Sequence record: DRR723986_4811
Length of the DNA stretch: 47,713 bases
Direction: 5' to 3' (one strand)
The notes beneath the pieces were generated by a model that saw nothing but the letters and a program-made list of their open reading frames with translations, was not told the origin of the DNA and searched no databases. How positions within the stretch are numbered: position 1 is the stretch's first letter; each line of letters opens with the position of its first letter. The position numbers and the translations under genes were made by a program. This document shows positions 29,080 through 40,009 of the stretch, piece by piece.

Positions 29080-29110
29080 AAAACCCACTCAATAACGAGT
29101 GGGTTTTTTT
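29080..29110 (+). terminator. Rho-independent terminator of the FDH operon
   Basis: AAAACCCACTC-AATAAC-GAGTGGGTTTT stem followed by a T7 run. Confidence 0.85.
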
Positions 29111-29117
29111 ATCGATT

Positions 29118-29162
29118 AAACAAAAAGCCCGATGAATACTGCTCTCATCGGGCTTTTTGTTT
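29118..29162. terminator. Bidirectional terminator (probably serves rne)
   Basis: Perfect 18-bp inverted repeat AAACAAAAAGCCCGATGA / TCATCGGGCTTTTTGTTT with a 9-nt loop; A/T tracts on both sides. Confidence 0.85.
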
Positions 29163-29288
29163 GAATGTTGTCGAGTGGCGGTTGACTGCTTAGCGAACCA
29201 CTCACACTTCACCGCATCTAGAGACTTTCGTGCTGCACCTGTACACCCATGCGGCAGTGACTGATGGTCACAGCCGCATCACTTCATC

Positions 29289-32252
29289 TTAGTTGGAACC
29301 GCTTCTAAACTCAGGCTTGGTTTCAACCAGTACCAGGTTCTCGCTTGCAATTTGAACAACTGGTTTGCGTTCACGAGGAACACGAACAGGTTTGGGTGCT
29401 GCCGCCAGGTTGGATTGAACCACTGACCATTTTTCGTGATCAGTTTCAACCCACAGCATGCCAGCGCTGCTCAGCATCTGTTCCAGTTCAGCCTTATTCA
29501 ACTGTGCTGTTGGCTGGGGTGGGGCTGCTTTGCTCACCACCTCGTTATCAACAACGGGCGTTGGCTGGGCTGTGGTGTCTGCCCCAGCTTCAGTCAGGGT
29601 TTCTGATGCCTGGACTGGGGCGGCAATGACATCAGATTCCGTGACCGGTGTTGAGACGGTTTCCGATTCAACCACGACTGGATCAGCGTCCTGAACTTGG
29701 CTTACCGCCGCGATCACTGATTGCACCGCCTGTACATCTGCGATAGCTACGTTGGACTCATCAGGGTTGTTCTCGGTGGAACCCATTTGAGTAGGTTCAG
29801 CAGGTAAGCCCATTTCCGAAACATGCATGCCAGTAGCTGCAATTGGCTGGTCACCTATTGCATCCGCAACTTCATCGGGCTTGTCCACCAAAGTTTCTGA
29901 ATTCTGTCCGGTTTCAGCGTTATCACGTGCAGCACCGTCACGATTGCCACCACGACCACGGCGACGACGACGGCGACGTGGCTCATCGCCACCCGTTTCT
30001 TCATCACTGCCGTACGACATGGTTTCAGCAATCTTGTTGGCCAGCTCTTCGTCTTCTGCTGAGTCTGCGGCCTGGAATGCGTCTTCGGATTGCATCGCAG
30101 CCTGATCCACAGATGTGCTGGTTTCACCTTCGCCCGCACCGCGGCCTCCACGACCGCGACGGCGGCGGCGGCGACCGCCAGTGCGTTCGCTTTGTTCGGC
30201 AGATGACTCGGCCGAATCGCCAGCCACAGCCTCGACGGCCGCCAAAGGTTTCACTTCCAGAACCTCGGCGCCGGCAGCGCGTTCATCGCGTGGTTTGCCT
30301 CTGCCACCACGATTCGGTTGCCCGGCACGTGTTTGTTGGGCATCGGAGGCCTTGACCTCGTCACCAGAGGATGTGTTTGTGGCCTCATCGTCACGACCGC
30401 GCCCACCACGTCGGCGATTTCTTCCACCGCGCCCATTGCGTTGATCGTTGCGATCTCCCTGGGAACGGTTCTGTCCCCGGCCAGTGCGATCATTGGACTT
30501 TTGTTCAATCACCACTGCCGGTATTTCTGCTGTGGTGCCTCGCTTGAACCAGCTGATAATTCGCTGAATCAAGGAAGGGCCAGCGGGTGCTGCAGCCACA
30601 ACGGCCAGTTCAGCCTTTGGCTTGCGTTCCTGGTGGGGTGGGGCAGGCTGGGTTGGAATGACGCCTTTGATCACCGCTTCTTGACGTTTTACCGCTTCGC
30701 CTTCGGTTTTCTTGTCGTAGTAGCTTTGTTCGTCTTTGGATGTAGCCAGTTCAAAACTCTGACGTGGATCCTCCAGGCGTTCATCGTCATGGCGCAAGCG
30801 GGTAATTTCATAGTGTGGTGTTTCCAAGTGTTTGTTTGGAATCAACAGCACATTGACCTTCAAGCGCGCTTCCAGTTTGTAAATTTCTGAACGCTTTTCG
30901 TTCAGAAGAAACGTAGCCACATCGACCGGAACCTGCACGTGCACGCTGGCGGTGCCTTCTTTCATGGCTTCTTCTTGCAGAATGCGCAGTACATGCAGCG
31001 CTGTGCTTTCTGTGTCGCGAATCACACCCGTGCCGTTGCAGCGTGGGCAAGTGGTGTGCGAGCCTTCATTCAGGGCAGGGCGAATGCGTTGACGGCTTAG
31101 TTCCATCAGGCCGAAACGGCTGATCTTGCCCATTTGCACACGTGCACGGTCAAAATGCAGACTGTCTTTAACCCGGTTTTCCACTTCTTTCTGGTTGCTG
31201 GCTTTTTCCATGTCGATGAAATCGATCACGATCAGGCCACCCAAGTCGCGCAAGCGCAACTGACGGGCTACTTCTTCCGCTGCTTCCAGGTTGGTACGAA
31301 GGGCAGTGTCTTCAATGTCGGTGCCGCGGGTAGAGCGGGCCGAGTTCACGTCAATCGATACCAAGGCTTCCGTGTGATCGATGACGATGGCTCCGCCCGA
31401 AGGCAGGGGAACCATGCGGCTGTAGGCGGTTTCAATTTGGTGTTCAATCTGGAAACGACTGAACAAGGGGATATCATCGCGATAGCGCTTCACCAAATTC
31501 ATCATGTCAGGCATCACATGCTGCATGAATTGTTTGGCTTGGTCGTAAATTTCATCGGTGTCGATGAGCACTTCGCCGATATCAGGGCTGAAATAATCGC
31601 GAATGGCGCGAATAACAAGGCTGCTTTCCTGGTAAATCAGGAATGCGCCGTTGGCAGATTTCCCGGCTCCGTCGATGGCAGTCCAGAGTTGCAACAGGTA
31701 ATTTAAGTCCCACTGCAATTCTTCTACCGAGCGGCCGATACCGGCTGTACGAGCAATAATGCTCATTCCTTTGGGGTATTCAAGCTTGTCGAGCGCTTCA
31801 CGCAGTTCCTGCCGTTCTTCACCTTCAATACGACGGGAAACGCCTCCTCCGCGGGGGTTGTTGGGCATCAGTACCAAATAACGGCCAGCCAGTGAAATGA
31901 AAGTGGTCAGGGCCGCGCCCTTGTTGCCACGTTCCTCTTTTTCAACCTGAACAAATAGCTCCTGGCCTTCTTTGACGACGTCTTGAATACGGGCTTTCCC
32001 GGCTTCAACGCCTTCCTTGAAATATTGTCGGGAAATTTCCTTGAAAGGCAGAAAACCGTGTCGGTCCTCGCCGTAGTTGACGAAACAGGCTTCAAGACTA
32101 GGTTCTACTCGGGTAATTACACCCTTGTAAATATTGCTTTTCCGTTGTTCACGGCCCGCAGTTTCGATGTCAATGTCGATAAGTTTCTGGCCGTCGACAA
32201 TCGCGACCCGCAACTCTTCTGAATGAGTTGCGTTAAATAACATGCGCTTCAT
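29289..32252 (-). CDS. rne: Ribonuclease E
   Basis: Start [22 protein letters not shown] (GGAG SD), S1 domain, IDVNSAR, DFIDM, CPRC Zn-link, amphipathic [11 protein letters not shown] and an Arg-rich disordered C-terminal half. Confidence 0.98.
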   Translation of the reverse strand: MKRMLFNATHSEELRVAIVDGQKLIDIDIETAGREQRKSNIYKGVITRVEPSLEACFVNYGEDRHGFLPFKEISRQYFKEGVEAGKARIQDVVKEGQELFVQVEKEERGNKGAALTTFISLAGRYLVLMPNNPRGGGVSRRIEGEERQELREALDKLEYPKGMSIIARTAGIGRSVEELQWDLNYLLQLWTAIDGAGKSANGAFLIYQESSLVIRAIRDYFSPDIGEVLIDTDEIYDQAKQFMQHVMPDMMNLVKRYRDDIPLFSRFQIEHQIETAYSRMVPLPSGGAIVIDHTEALVSIDVNSARSTRGTDIEDTALRTNLEAAEEVARQLRLRDLGGLIVIDFIDMEKASNQKEVENRVKDSLHFDRARVQMGKISRFGLMELSRQRIRPALNEGSHTTCPRCNGTGVIRDTESTALHVLRILQEEAMKEGTASVHVQVPVDVATFLLNEKRSEIYKLEARLKVNVLLIPNKHLETPHYEITRLRHDDERLEDPRQSFELATSKDEQSYYDKKTEGEAVKRQEAVIKGVIPTQPAPPHQERKPKAELAVVAAAPAGPSLIQRIISWFKRGTTAEIPAVVIEQKSNDRTGRGQNRSQGDRNDQRNGRGGRNRRRGGRGRDDEATNTSSGDEVKASDAQQTRAGQPNRGGRGKPRDERAAGAEVLEVKPLAAVEAVAGDSAESSAEQSERTGGRRRRRRGRGGRGAGEGETSTSVDQAAMQSEDAFQAADSAEDEELANKIAETMSYGSDEETGGDEPRRRRRRRGRGGNRDGAARDNAETGQNSETLVDKPDEVADAIGDQPIAATGMHVSEMGLPAEPTQMGSTENNPDESNVAIADVQAVQSVIAAVSQVQDADPVVVESETVSTPVTESDVIAAPVQASETLTEAGADTTAQPTPVVDNEVVSKAAPPQPTAQLNKAELEQMLSSAGMLWVETDHEKWSVVQSNLAAAPKPVRVPRERKPVVQIASENLVLVETKPEFRSGSN

Positions 32253-32634
32253 GCACACTCCAATGGCACCGCAGTGCGAAAAGAGATGCTGAAAAAGCGG
32301 AAGGAACAAAGAGATTCAAAAACGAATACAACAATGCGCCACTCGGATATAACCAAGAGCGGCGATTAAACTAAGGCATTGATATTTAATAATAAATATT
32401 GGTTCAAATTTCACCTGCGTAAGGTGGGCCTGCGTCGTTTTTGTTAGTACCCAGCGCTTCTTGTGCGCGCTGGTGCGTAAAATTCTTTGTTTCCAGCTTA
32501 AGGCGGGCATTCAGCCGCGCGCCTCTTTTTCAGCCATCATTGCCACCATCCAGGGTAGGCGGCACACCCACTAAATAAAATCGCCATGGGGCGTATCCAG
32601 AAGTGATTTCGGACGCTTCCCAAGCGATAATCCG

Positions 32635-32664
32635 ATTATATGCTGAACCCGCCCAATTGGTAAA
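32635..32664 (-). promoter_or_regulatory. Putative sigma-70 promoter of rne
   Basis: Minus strand TTTACC-N18-TATAAT; implies a 5' UTR of about 375 nt. Confidence 0.55.
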
Positions 32665-32672
32665 ACAAAGAA

Positions 32673-33680
32673 TTGAAAACACAGGAAAAACCCAATCCAG
32701 ACAGGGCTGTTTTGCTCGAAATTGACGAAAAACATCAAGACCAGCGACTGGACAACTTCTTGTGCAGCGTCTGCAAAGGCGTACCCAAAAGCCATGTTTT
32801 TCGAATTATCCGGTCGGGAGAGGTGCGAATCAACAGAAAGCGTGCAGAGGCTAAAACCAAGCTGTGTGTGGGTGATGTGGTACGTATTCCTCCAATTCAA
32901 GTACTGGAAAAACAGACACTTGAATCTCTTTCATCAAGTAACACTGTAAATAAAGCACAGCTGTTAAAAACCGCCGCTGAAATACCCGTGTTGTTTGAAG
33001 ATGAACATTTGCTGGTGGTCAACAAGCCTTCTGGCATGGCAGTTCACGGTGGTTCGGGCTCAAGCTTTGGATTAATTGAATGTATTCGGGCACTTAGGTC
33101 TGAAACCCATCAAGATTTGGAGCTTGTTCACCGCATTGACCGTGAAACGTCGGGAATCTTGATTATTTCTAAAAAGCGTAGCGCTCTCAGAATCTTACAG
33201 GAACAACTGAGAGCTCGATCTTGGAAGAAGTACTACCAAACCTTGGTACTCGGACGTTGGCCAACGACACTTCGACAAGTTGATCTACCTTTACTGAAAA
33301 CTCAGGCGGGTGAGAAGGAAGCAAGGGTTTTTGTCGATGAGAATGGGGATAAGGCTTTAACAAGGTTCAAGATAATTCAGGAGTATAAATCGAATTACTC
33401 ACTTTTTACTTTAATTCAGGCGCAAATTTTGACTGGACGGACTCACCAGATCAGGGTGCACACCAGTGCCAATAAGTTTCCAATTGCTGGCGATGATCGC
33501 TACGGAAATTTTGAAATGAACAAACAATTGGCCAGACATGGCCTGAAACGCATGTTTTTGCACGCAGCACGCTTGCAGCTGGTTCATCCGGCTTCAAATG
33601 AAACTATAGTACTAGAGGCTCCTTTGGCCCCCGAATTGGACAGTTTTTTAAAATCGTTACAGGCAGTACAAAGCAGATGA
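32673..33680 (+). CDS. rluC: 23S rRNA pseudouridine synthase, RluC-type
   Basis: S4 domain QRLDNFL, NKPSGMAVHGGSG, HRIDRETSG, TGRTHQIRVH and RMFLHA; divergent from rne. Confidence 0.93.
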   Translation: MKTQEKPNPDRAVLLEIDEKHQDQRLDNFLCSVCKGVPKSHVFRIIRSGEVRINRKRAEAKTKLCVGDVVRIPPIQVLEKQTLESLSSSNTVNKAQLLKTAAEIPVLFEDEHLLVVNKPSGMAVHGGSGSSFGLIECIRALRSETHQDLELVHRIDRETSGILIISKKRSALRILQEQLRARSWKKYYQTLVLGRWPTTLRQVDLPLLKTQAGEKEARVFVDENGDKALTRFKIIQEYKSNYSLFTLIQAQILTGRTHQIRVHTSANKFPIAGDDRYGNFEMNKQLARHGLKRMFLHAARLQLVHPASNETIVLEAPLAPELDSFLKSLQAVQSR

Positions 33681-34336
33681 CCTACAAAATGGTGGTGTTT
33701 GATTGGGATGGCACCATACTCGACTCAACCGGTGCGATTACGCGCTCCATTCAGAGAGCCTGTCTAGATGCCGGCTTGCCTGATCCCGGCGAGGAGATTG
33801 CCTCTTATGTCATCGGTTTGGGCTTGAGTGATGCGTTACGCCATGCAGCCCCCGGAGCAAGCGAGGCCCAAATTGGCCTGCTGGTTGAAAGCTACCGCAA
33901 GCACTACCTCAGCAAAGATCACGAGTTGGAATTGTTTACCGGTGCCGTTCCCCTTCTTAAACAACTTAATGAAATGGGGGTTATTTGCACAGTGGCCACG
34001 GGTAAAAGCAGGCAAGGCCTGAACCGCGCCATGGCGAACTCTGATACAGCTCGTTATTTCATGAGTTCACGTTGCGCAGACGAATGTCACAGCAAACCCC
34101 ATCCTCAAATGATTTTGGAGTTGATGGAGGAGTTCAATACAGACCCAGCACATGTGGTCATGATCGGTGATACGACGCACGATCTGAATATGGCTCAAGC
34201 CGCTGGCGTGCACGCCTTGTCGGTTCAGACAGGCGCTCACCCACCCAAATTACTGAATCAAGTGCCTCATCTGGAGTCTTTTCGTTCAATCAATGAGTTG
34301 GCCCCTTGGCTCATTCAAACAATCTCAGCCCGCTAA
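33677..34336 (+). CDS. HAD-IA family hydrolase (phosphoglycolate phosphatase-like)
   Basis: FDWDGT, ATGK, SKPHP and MIGDTTHD motifs. Confidence 0.92.
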   Translation: MTYKMVVFDWDGTILDSTGAITRSIQRACLDAGLPDPGEEIASYVIGLGLSDALRHAAPGASEAQIGLLVESYRKHYLSKDHELELFTGAVPLLKQLNEMGVICTVATGKSRQGLNRAMANSDTARYFMSSRCADECHSKPHPQMILELMEEFNTDPAHVVMIGDTTHDLNMAQAAGVHALSVQTGAHPPKLLNQVPHLESFRSINELAPWLIQTISAR

Positions 34337-34345
34337 TCAATCAAT

Positions 34346-34723
34346 ATGCAGCAAATTCAGGTATGTCAATCCAGTGAACTAGAAGAGGGCGGCACAGGCT
34401 ACCGCTTCAGGGTTTTGTATAACAACGAGGAAACCACTGCATTCGTGGTACGTGTTGATGATGCAGTGAGGTGTTTTTTGAATCGTTGTTCCCATGTACC
34501 CGTTGAACTTGACTGGAATTATGGCGAATTTCTCGACGATTCTGGTCGAATTGTGGTGTGTGCCACTCACGGTGCCAGTTACGACGCCACCGACGGCAGT
34601 TGCTTGGGTGGCCCATGTGACGGTAACCCGTTGGTGCGATTGAATGTAGAAGAGAAAAACGGTGTCGTGTACTGGACCCCTACTGAGCTGATTACGGTGC
34701 CGGCCGATGGTATTGAGGATTGA
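34346..34723 (+). CDS. Rieske [2Fe-2S] ferredoxin
   Basis: NRCSH...VCATHGASY...C.GGPC. Confidence 0.92.
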   Translation: MQQIQVCQSSELEEGGTGYRFRVLYNNEETTAFVVRVDDAVRCFLNRCSHVPVELDWNYGEFLDDSGRIVVCATHGASYDATDGSCLGGPCDGNPLVRLNVEEKNGVVYWTPTELITVPADGIED

Positions 34724-34725
34724 AT

Positions 34726-35682
34726 ATGAGTGATGAAAACAATCAATGGGAGCGAAAGCTTCTGGAAAAGCTGGCCTCCGAAGCGTTGGTTGAGCAACGA
34801 AGAAAGAGACGTTGGGGCATCTTTTTCAAGTTGATCGGTTTGGTGTATGTGGGTATTTTAATTGCCTCAGTGCTGGGGTTTACCGCCACGCCCAGCCTTG
34901 AAGTCAGCCGACACACTGCACTGGTGGATCTAGATGGTGTCATTTCCAGTGATAGCCTGGCCAGCGCTGACAGAATAAACTCCAGCCTCAGAGCGGCGTT
35001 TGAAAGTGAAGGCTCTGTCGGTGTCATTCTCCGAATCAATAGCCCCGGCGGTAGCCCCGTTCAGGCTGGCCTGATCAACGACGAGATCAAGCGTCTTCGC
35101 GCCAAGTATCCCGACAAACCCTTTTATGCAGTAGTAGAAGAGGTCTGTGCCTCGGGTGGATATTACGTCGCGGCGGCAGCTGACAAAATTTTTGTGGATA
35201 AAGCCAGTTTGGTGGGCTCCATTGGGGTGGTGATGAATGGTTTCGGCTTCACAGGAACGATGGAGAAACTGGGCGTCGAACGCCGTTTGATCACATCTGG
35301 CGAAAACAAGGGTTTTCTGGATCCTTTCAGTGAAGCAGATCCCTACCAGACTGAATTCGCCAAGCAAATGGCAGAGGAAATTCACAAACAGTTTATCGAG
35401 GTAGTTAAAGAAGGTCGAGGTGAAAAGCTGCAACAGAACCCCGAATTGTTCAGTGGTTTGGTCTGGACTGGCGCAAAGAGTGTTGAGTTAGGCTTGGCAG
35501 ACGAATTAGGGTCGATTGATACCGTTGCGCGTGATGTGCTGAAGGCCGAAGATATTCTGGACTACACCGAGCAAGATTCATTTGCGGAGCGTTTTGCTCA
35601 GCGGGTGGGTGTTGTGTTTGGTCAGGGTGTTCGCAGTGTGTTTCCAGAGCTCGGGCTTAAGCAAACCCTTGGTTTTCAGTAA
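34726..35682 (+). CDS. S49 family signal peptide peptidase (SppA-like)
   Basis: N-terminal TM, RINSPGGSP, CASGGYY, GSIGV and FSGLVWTG. Confidence 0.93.
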   Translation: MSDENNQWERKLLEKLASEALVEQRRKRRWGIFFKLIGLVYVGILIASVLGFTATPSLEVSRHTALVDLDGVISSDSLASADRINSSLRAAFESEGSVGVILRINSPGGSPVQAGLINDEIKRLRAKYPDKPFYAVVEEVCASGGYYVAAAADKIFVDKASLVGSIGVVMNGFGFTGTMEKLGVERRLITSGENKGFLDPFSEADPYQTEFAKQMAEEIHKQFIEVVKEGRGEKLQQNPELFSGLVWTGAKSVELGLADELGSIDTVARDVLKAEDILDYTEQDSFAERFAQRVGVVFGQGVRSVFPELGLKQTLGFQ

Positions 35683-35696
35683 AAGAGTTGAACAAA

Positions 35697-36392
35697 TCAG
35701 GCTGACAACCACAAAAACAGACAGGGTGACTTGCCTGGCGTAGGCATCCGTTTTTTCCATTGTTCAACAGTTTTGGTTTGTATTTGCTGCTCGTCGCCTG
35801 TCAAGTCCCAGCCTATGCAAAGCAAGGTTGAGTCAGAAAGCTGTTTCAGAAGTGCCTCAATCAGTTTGTCATTTCTGAATGGTGTTTCGATAACGATTTG
35901 AGTGCAGCGTTGCGTCCTGGACTCTCGCTCCGTCTGTTTTATCCATGCATCACGCTGCCCCGGGTCCAAGGGCGGGTATCCGTAAAAGCGGAAGTTTTGT
36001 CCATTCAAGCCACTTCCCATGAGCGCCAATAAAATAGAGCTTGGACCTACCAAAGGGTGAACCGGGCATCCCAGTCGGTGCGCGAGACCTACAATCTCGG
36101 CGCCTGGGTCTGCCACGCCGGGGCAGCCTGCGTCACTCATCACCGCAATTGGTTCCCCTGCCTTGCAGCGTTGCACGATATCTTGGCGTTGCTGGGGATT
36201 TAGTTGCGCGATTTCAAATATTTGCAGATCCCGAATGGCTGTGGGCATATTGAAATGCCCTAGGGCAGCCCTAGCCGGTTTTGCGTTCTCTACCAGCCAG
36301 GTGTTGCATTGCCGCACCAAGGGCAGGTCGGCCTCCAGTAAAGGCAGTTTTGGAGTTTTCTGGCTTAGCGGGCTCGGAACTAAATAAAGCAT
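35697..36392 (-). CDS. Tetrapyrrole-methylase-family SAM methyltransferase (RsmI-like)
   Basis: LYLVPSPL, MSDAGCPGVADPG, PLVGPSSILLALMGSGLNGQ and IETPFRN. Confidence 0.88.
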   Translation of the reverse strand: MLYLVPSPLSQKTPKLPLLEADLPLVRQCNTWLVENAKPARAALGHFNMPTAIRDLQIFEIAQLNPQQRQDIVQRCKAGEPIAVMSDAGCPGVADPGAEIVGLAHRLGCPVHPLVGPSSILLALMGSGLNGQNFRFYGYPPLDPGQRDAWIKQTERESRTQRCTQIVIETPFRNDKLIEALLKQLSDSTLLCIGWDLTGDEQQIQTKTVEQWKKRMPTPGKSPCLFLWLSA

Positions 36393-36393
36393 G

Positions 36394-36975
36394 TCAAGGA
36401 AGAGTGATTTCGAATTGCCGAAGTGCGTTGGCCACCTCGATCAAAGGCAGCCCTATCAGGGCAGTCGGGTCACTTGACTCAATTCGCTTGAGTAGCGATA
36501 TGCCCAAGCCTTCACTTTTTGCTGAACCTGCGCAATCATAAGGCTCTTCCGCAATGAGGTAACGTTCAATTTCAGCGGAATTCAATTCCCGAAATTCTAC
36601 TGAAGTGGGCACTGTAAACTCCACAGCTTGAGAGGTTTCATGACAGTAAATGCAGACGGCGGTGTGAAACACAATTGTCTTCCCGCTCATGCTTCGCAAT
36701 TGTGCACGGGCTCTATCATGGGTGCCGGGCTTGCTAATGGCCACGCCATCCACGTCTGCCACCTGGTCTGATCCTATGACAATTGCAGTCGGGTGCTCGG
36801 CGGCCACTGCCATGGCTTTCTCCCGAGCGAGACGCGTGCAGGTTTCCAAGGGAGATTCATTGGGTTCCGGGGATTCATCAATTTGAGGCGATTCGCATCT
36901 GAAACTGATTTGCAGGCGAGTCAGCAGCTCACGGCGATACTTGGAACTGGAAGCTAGATACAGTGAACGGGTCAT
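36394..36975 (-). CDS. Maf/YceF nucleoside triphosphate pyrophosphatase
   Basis: LASSSKYRRELL, IGSDQV, KPG, CAGSAKSEGLG and DPTALIGLP. Confidence 0.95.
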   Translation of the reverse strand: MTRSLYLASSSKYRRELLTRLQISFRCESPQIDESPEPNESPLETCTRLAREKAMAVAAEHPTAIVIGSDQVADVDGVAISKPGTHDRARAQLRSMSGKTIVFHTAVCIYCHETSQAVEFTVPTSVEFRELNSAEIERYLIAEEPYDCAGSAKSEGLGISLLKRIESSDPTALIGLPLIEVANALRQFEITLP

Positions 36976-36993
36976 TTGGATAGCGCGCTGGCT

Positions 36994-37022
36994 TTGACAG
37001 ATTACGTTAGGCAGAGTATTAT
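36994..37022 (+). promoter_or_regulatory. Sigma-70 promoter of the yceD-rpmF-plsX-fab operon
   Basis: TTGACA-N17-TATTAT, 27 bp upstream of the yceD ATG. Confidence 0.8.
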
Positions 37023-37049
37023 CGCGCGTTTCCTGCTTTTCTTATCGGC

Positions 37050-37640
37050 ATGCGCCAAAAAGGCCCATTAAAACAGTTTGAAGAATTCGACGCTTGGTCG
37101 TTTTCTCGCTTGGGCGAAAGCATCTGCAGCGAAGATGTGAAGTTTGATTTCCCAAGGCTGGCAAGCGATGAAAACATTCTGTCCAGTCAAGTCGCTTATT
37201 GGGAGGTTTCCGGGCGAATCAACGCCAGGTCTGAGAGCGTAATTCGGTTCAAAGGCCGTTTTACCGCAGAGCTTTCTTGTGTAGTGTGTGGTTCAGGTGT
37301 GCAGAACGTCATTGACTTTGATCGTCATTTGATTTTGATGACGTCAGAGACGCAGGCGGACAGCTATGATGAGGACACGCTCGATGAGGACACTGACGTT
37401 GTTGCATGTCCGGGTGCGATAAACTTGCGAGATTGGCTGGAAGACGAGATTTTGTTGGCTTGCCCTATGTTTCCCAAGCATGATGCCTGCGCTGAATTAG
37501 CGGGGCGAAGCTGGCGAGAAGAGGGGGCCGACATGCAAGATACTGACGACTATCAGGATGACACTGCTGATGGTCAAACACAGGAAGTACAGCGTCCCTT
37601 TGCTAACCTGGGCGATTTGCTCAAGGGTGGCAAGAAGTAA
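37050..37640 (+). CDS. yceD: YceD/DUF177 family protein
   Basis: CVVC, LEDEILLACPMFPKH and RPFANL; directly upstream of rpmF. Confidence 0.88.
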   Translation: MRQKGPLKQFEEFDAWSFSRLGESICSEDVKFDFPRLASDENILSSQVAYWEVSGRINARSESVIRFKGRFTAELSCVVCGSGVQNVIDFDRHLILMTSETQADSYDEDTLDEDTDVVACPGAINLRDWLEDEILLACPMFPKHDACAELAGRSWREEGADMQDTDDYQDDTADGQTQEVQRPFANLGDLLKGGKK

Positions 37641-37664
37641 CACTTTTATACATGGAGCTTTAAA

Positions 37665-37847
37665 ATGGCCGTTCAACAGAACAAAAAATCACCCTCAAAG
37701 CGTGGAATGCACCGCTCACACCAGAACCTGACAGCGCCCACCTTGTCCGCTGACTCATCATCTGGTGAAACACACCTGCGCCACCACATCAGCCCCAACG
37801 GCATGTATCGTGGCAAGAAAGTGGTAAAAACCAAAGCTGACGAGTAA
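37665..37847 (+). CDS. rpmF: 50S ribosomal protein L32
   Basis: [19 protein letters not shown]...[14 protein letters not shown]. Confidence 0.98.
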   Translation: MAVQQNKKSPSKRGMHRSHQNLTAPTLSADSSSGETHLRHHISPNGMYRGKKVVKTKADE

Positions 37848-37912
37848 TTAATTACAAATCAACAAGGCAACTGCAGTCATGTTGCCATGAAAACCAAAAG
37901 GTCTAAGAACGG

Positions 37913-38995
37913 ATGGTTCGCATAGCAATTGATTGCATGGGTGGAGACCACGGTTTGTCGGTCACCGTCCCCGCCTGTTTGCGCTTTCTCAAACAGCACC
38001 CCGACGTTCAGCTTGTGCTCGTCGGAAAGCAGGCTGAAATAGAGGCGGCCCTGGCCAAGAAAAAAGCGCTGGAGCATCCCCAGATCACGATCCGTCACGC
38101 CAGTGAGGTGGTTGAGATGGACGAGCCTCCCGCACAGGCCTTGCGCAACAAGAAAGACTCATCTATTCGAGTATGTGCCAACCTGGTAAAAGACGGGTTG
38201 GCATCCGCGTTCGTCAGTGCTGGCAATACAGGTGCGCTGATGGCTATTTCCCGTTTTGTACTCAAAACCCTTGATAGCATTGATCGACCCGCAATTGCCT
38301 CGGCCTTGCCCAACATGAAAGGCAAGGGCACGCTAATGCTCGATCTGGGAGCCAACGTAGACTGCGAACCGGCCCATTTGTTTCAGTTCGCTGTCATGGG
38401 ATCAGCCTTCGTGAAAGGCACTGAGGGAATTGAAAGGCCCACAGTAGGTTTGCTGAATATTGGTGAGGAAGTGATCAAGGGCAATGATGTGGTTAAAAAG
38501 GCCTCGGAATTGCTGCGCGCCAGTGAGTTGAACTTCTATGGCAACGTGGAAGGTAATGATATTTACAAAGGCACCACCGACGTAGTGGTGTGTGACGGTT
38601 TTGTGGGCAATGTAGCCCTCAAAACCTCTGAGGGCCTAGCACAAATGCTGGGCGATATAATCAAGACAGAGTTCAAGAGAGGCCTGTGGCCCAAAGTTGC
38701 TGCAGTATTTGCGGCGCCAGTGTTGCTTCGATTCAAAAAAAGGGTGGACCACCGCCGCTACAACGGAGCTGCATTGCTTGGGCTGAAAGGGATTGTGATC
38801 AAAAGCCATGGCTCGGCAGATGCCTATGCCTTCTTCTATGCGATCAAGCGAGCTTACGATGCAGCCAACGGCAATTTGCTGGATAGCATCAGGCTCACCA
38901 TGTCGCACTATGTGCCATTGGCCGCCCCAGCGACCAATGGTAATCAAGAGGCAGCAACTGCACTAGTCGAGGCAAAACCAGACCAAGTGATTTAA
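37913..38995 (+). CDS. plsX: Phosphate acyltransferase
   Basis: [37 protein letters not shown] and KSHG. Confidence 0.97.
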   Translation: MVRIAIDCMGGDHGLSVTVPACLRFLKQHPDVQLVLVGKQAEIEAALAKKKALEHPQITIRHASEVVEMDEPPAQALRNKKDSSIRVCANLVKDGLASAFVSAGNTGALMAISRFVLKTLDSIDRPAIASALPNMKGKGTLMLDLGANVDCEPAHLFQFAVMGSAFVKGTEGIERPTVGLLNIGEEVIKGNDVVKKASELLRASELNFYGNVEGNDIYKGTTDVVVCDGFVGNVALKTSEGLAQMLGDIIKTEFKRGLWPKVAAVFAAPVLLRFKKRVDHRRYNGAALLGLKGIVIKSHGSADAYAFFYAIKRAYDAANGNLLDSIRLTMSHYVPLAAPATNGNQEAATALVEAKPDQVI

Positions 38996-39972
38996 TGTCT
39001 CATTACAGTGCAATCCTTGGCACCGGCGCAAGCCTGCCAAGGCGTGCGGTTTCAAATCAGGAGTTGACTGAGTTTCTGGCCAAGAAAGGCGTGGAAACCA
39101 GTGCCGAATGGATTGAAACGCGCACCGGGATCAAGCAAAGATATCTTTGCGAAGCCGATGAAACAAACTGTCAAATGGCCAGCAAGGCTGCCTTGCAGGC
39201 TCTGAAAGCTGCAGGCGTTCTTCCAGATCAAGTGGACTTGATCGTGTTGGCCACCTCAACCCCCGATCAGGTTTTCCCATCCACAGCCTGTGCGGTTCAA
39301 GCCGAAATTGGCGCCAAAAAAGCCATGGCCTTCGACATTCAGGCCGTGTGCAGTGGCTTCGTCTATGCGTTGACTGTTGCAGATTCCATGATCCGTTCCG
39401 GTCAGGTGGGTAATGCACTGGTCATCGGTTCGGAGGTGTTTAGCCGCCTGATGGACTGGAATGATCGCACCACTTGCGTGTTGTTTGGCGATGGTGCTGG
39501 CGCGGTATTCATTCAAGCCAGTTCTGAGCCGGGAATATTAGGCTGTAAGTTGCACTCCGACGGCACCCTTGGCTGTATTTTGAACACCACTGGCCGCATT
39601 GAAGGCGGGAAAATTGTGGGAGATCCGTTTCTACGCATGGATGGTCAAGCCGTGTTTCGTCAGGCTGTATCCGTGTTGGGCAGCAATGCGCTTGAATTGT
39701 TTGAAAGCCTTGATTTCAAGCTCGAAGACCTCGATTTCCTGGTTCCGCACCAAGCCAACGTGAGAATTTTGCATTCCGTGGCGAAAAAATTGAAGCTTCC
39801 TGAAGAAAGGGTTGTCATCACTGTCGGCATGCACGGAAACACGTCTGCCGCCTCGGTTCCCTTGGCTTTGAACCATGCAATTGAGCAAAAACAGATTAAA
39901 AAAGGCGATAACGTGCTGTTACAGGGTGTCGGGGGCGGTTTTACATGGGGCAGCGTGCTCGTTCGCATGTAA
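38995..39972 (+). CDS. fabH: Beta-ketoacyl-ACP synthase III
   Basis: Cys-His-Asn triad motifs AVCSGF, PHQAN and GNTSAAS; FGDGAGA. Confidence 0.97.
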   Translation: MSHYSAILGTGASLPRRAVSNQELTEFLAKKGVETSAEWIETRTGIKQRYLCEADETNCQMASKAALQALKAAGVLPDQVDLIVLATSTPDQVFPSTACAVQAEIGAKKAMAFDIQAVCSGFVYALTVADSMIRSGQVGNALVIGSEVFSRLMDWNDRTTCVLFGDGAGAVFIQASSEPGILGCKLHSDGTLGCILNTTGRIEGGKIVGDPFLRMDGQAVFRQAVSVLGSNALELFESLDFKLEDLDFLVPHQANVRILHSVAKKLKLPEERVVITVGMHGNTSAASVPLALNHAIEQKQIKKGDNVLLQGVGGGFTWGSVLVRM

Positions 39973-40009
39973 AATAGCGCAAATTGCAAATTAGATGAAT
40001 TCCTCGAAA

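Noticed and set aside
29940-30440. CGA/CGG/CCA triplet runs suggesting a tandem repeat or array
   Set aside because: They encode the ordinary Arg/Gly-rich RNA-binding segments of the RNase E C-terminal half.
32673-33680. Apparently AT-richer composition of rluC suggesting foreign origin
   Set aside because: The gene is in the canonical rne-rluC-HAD-Rieske-S49 order with no mobility signs, and the composition was only judged by eye.
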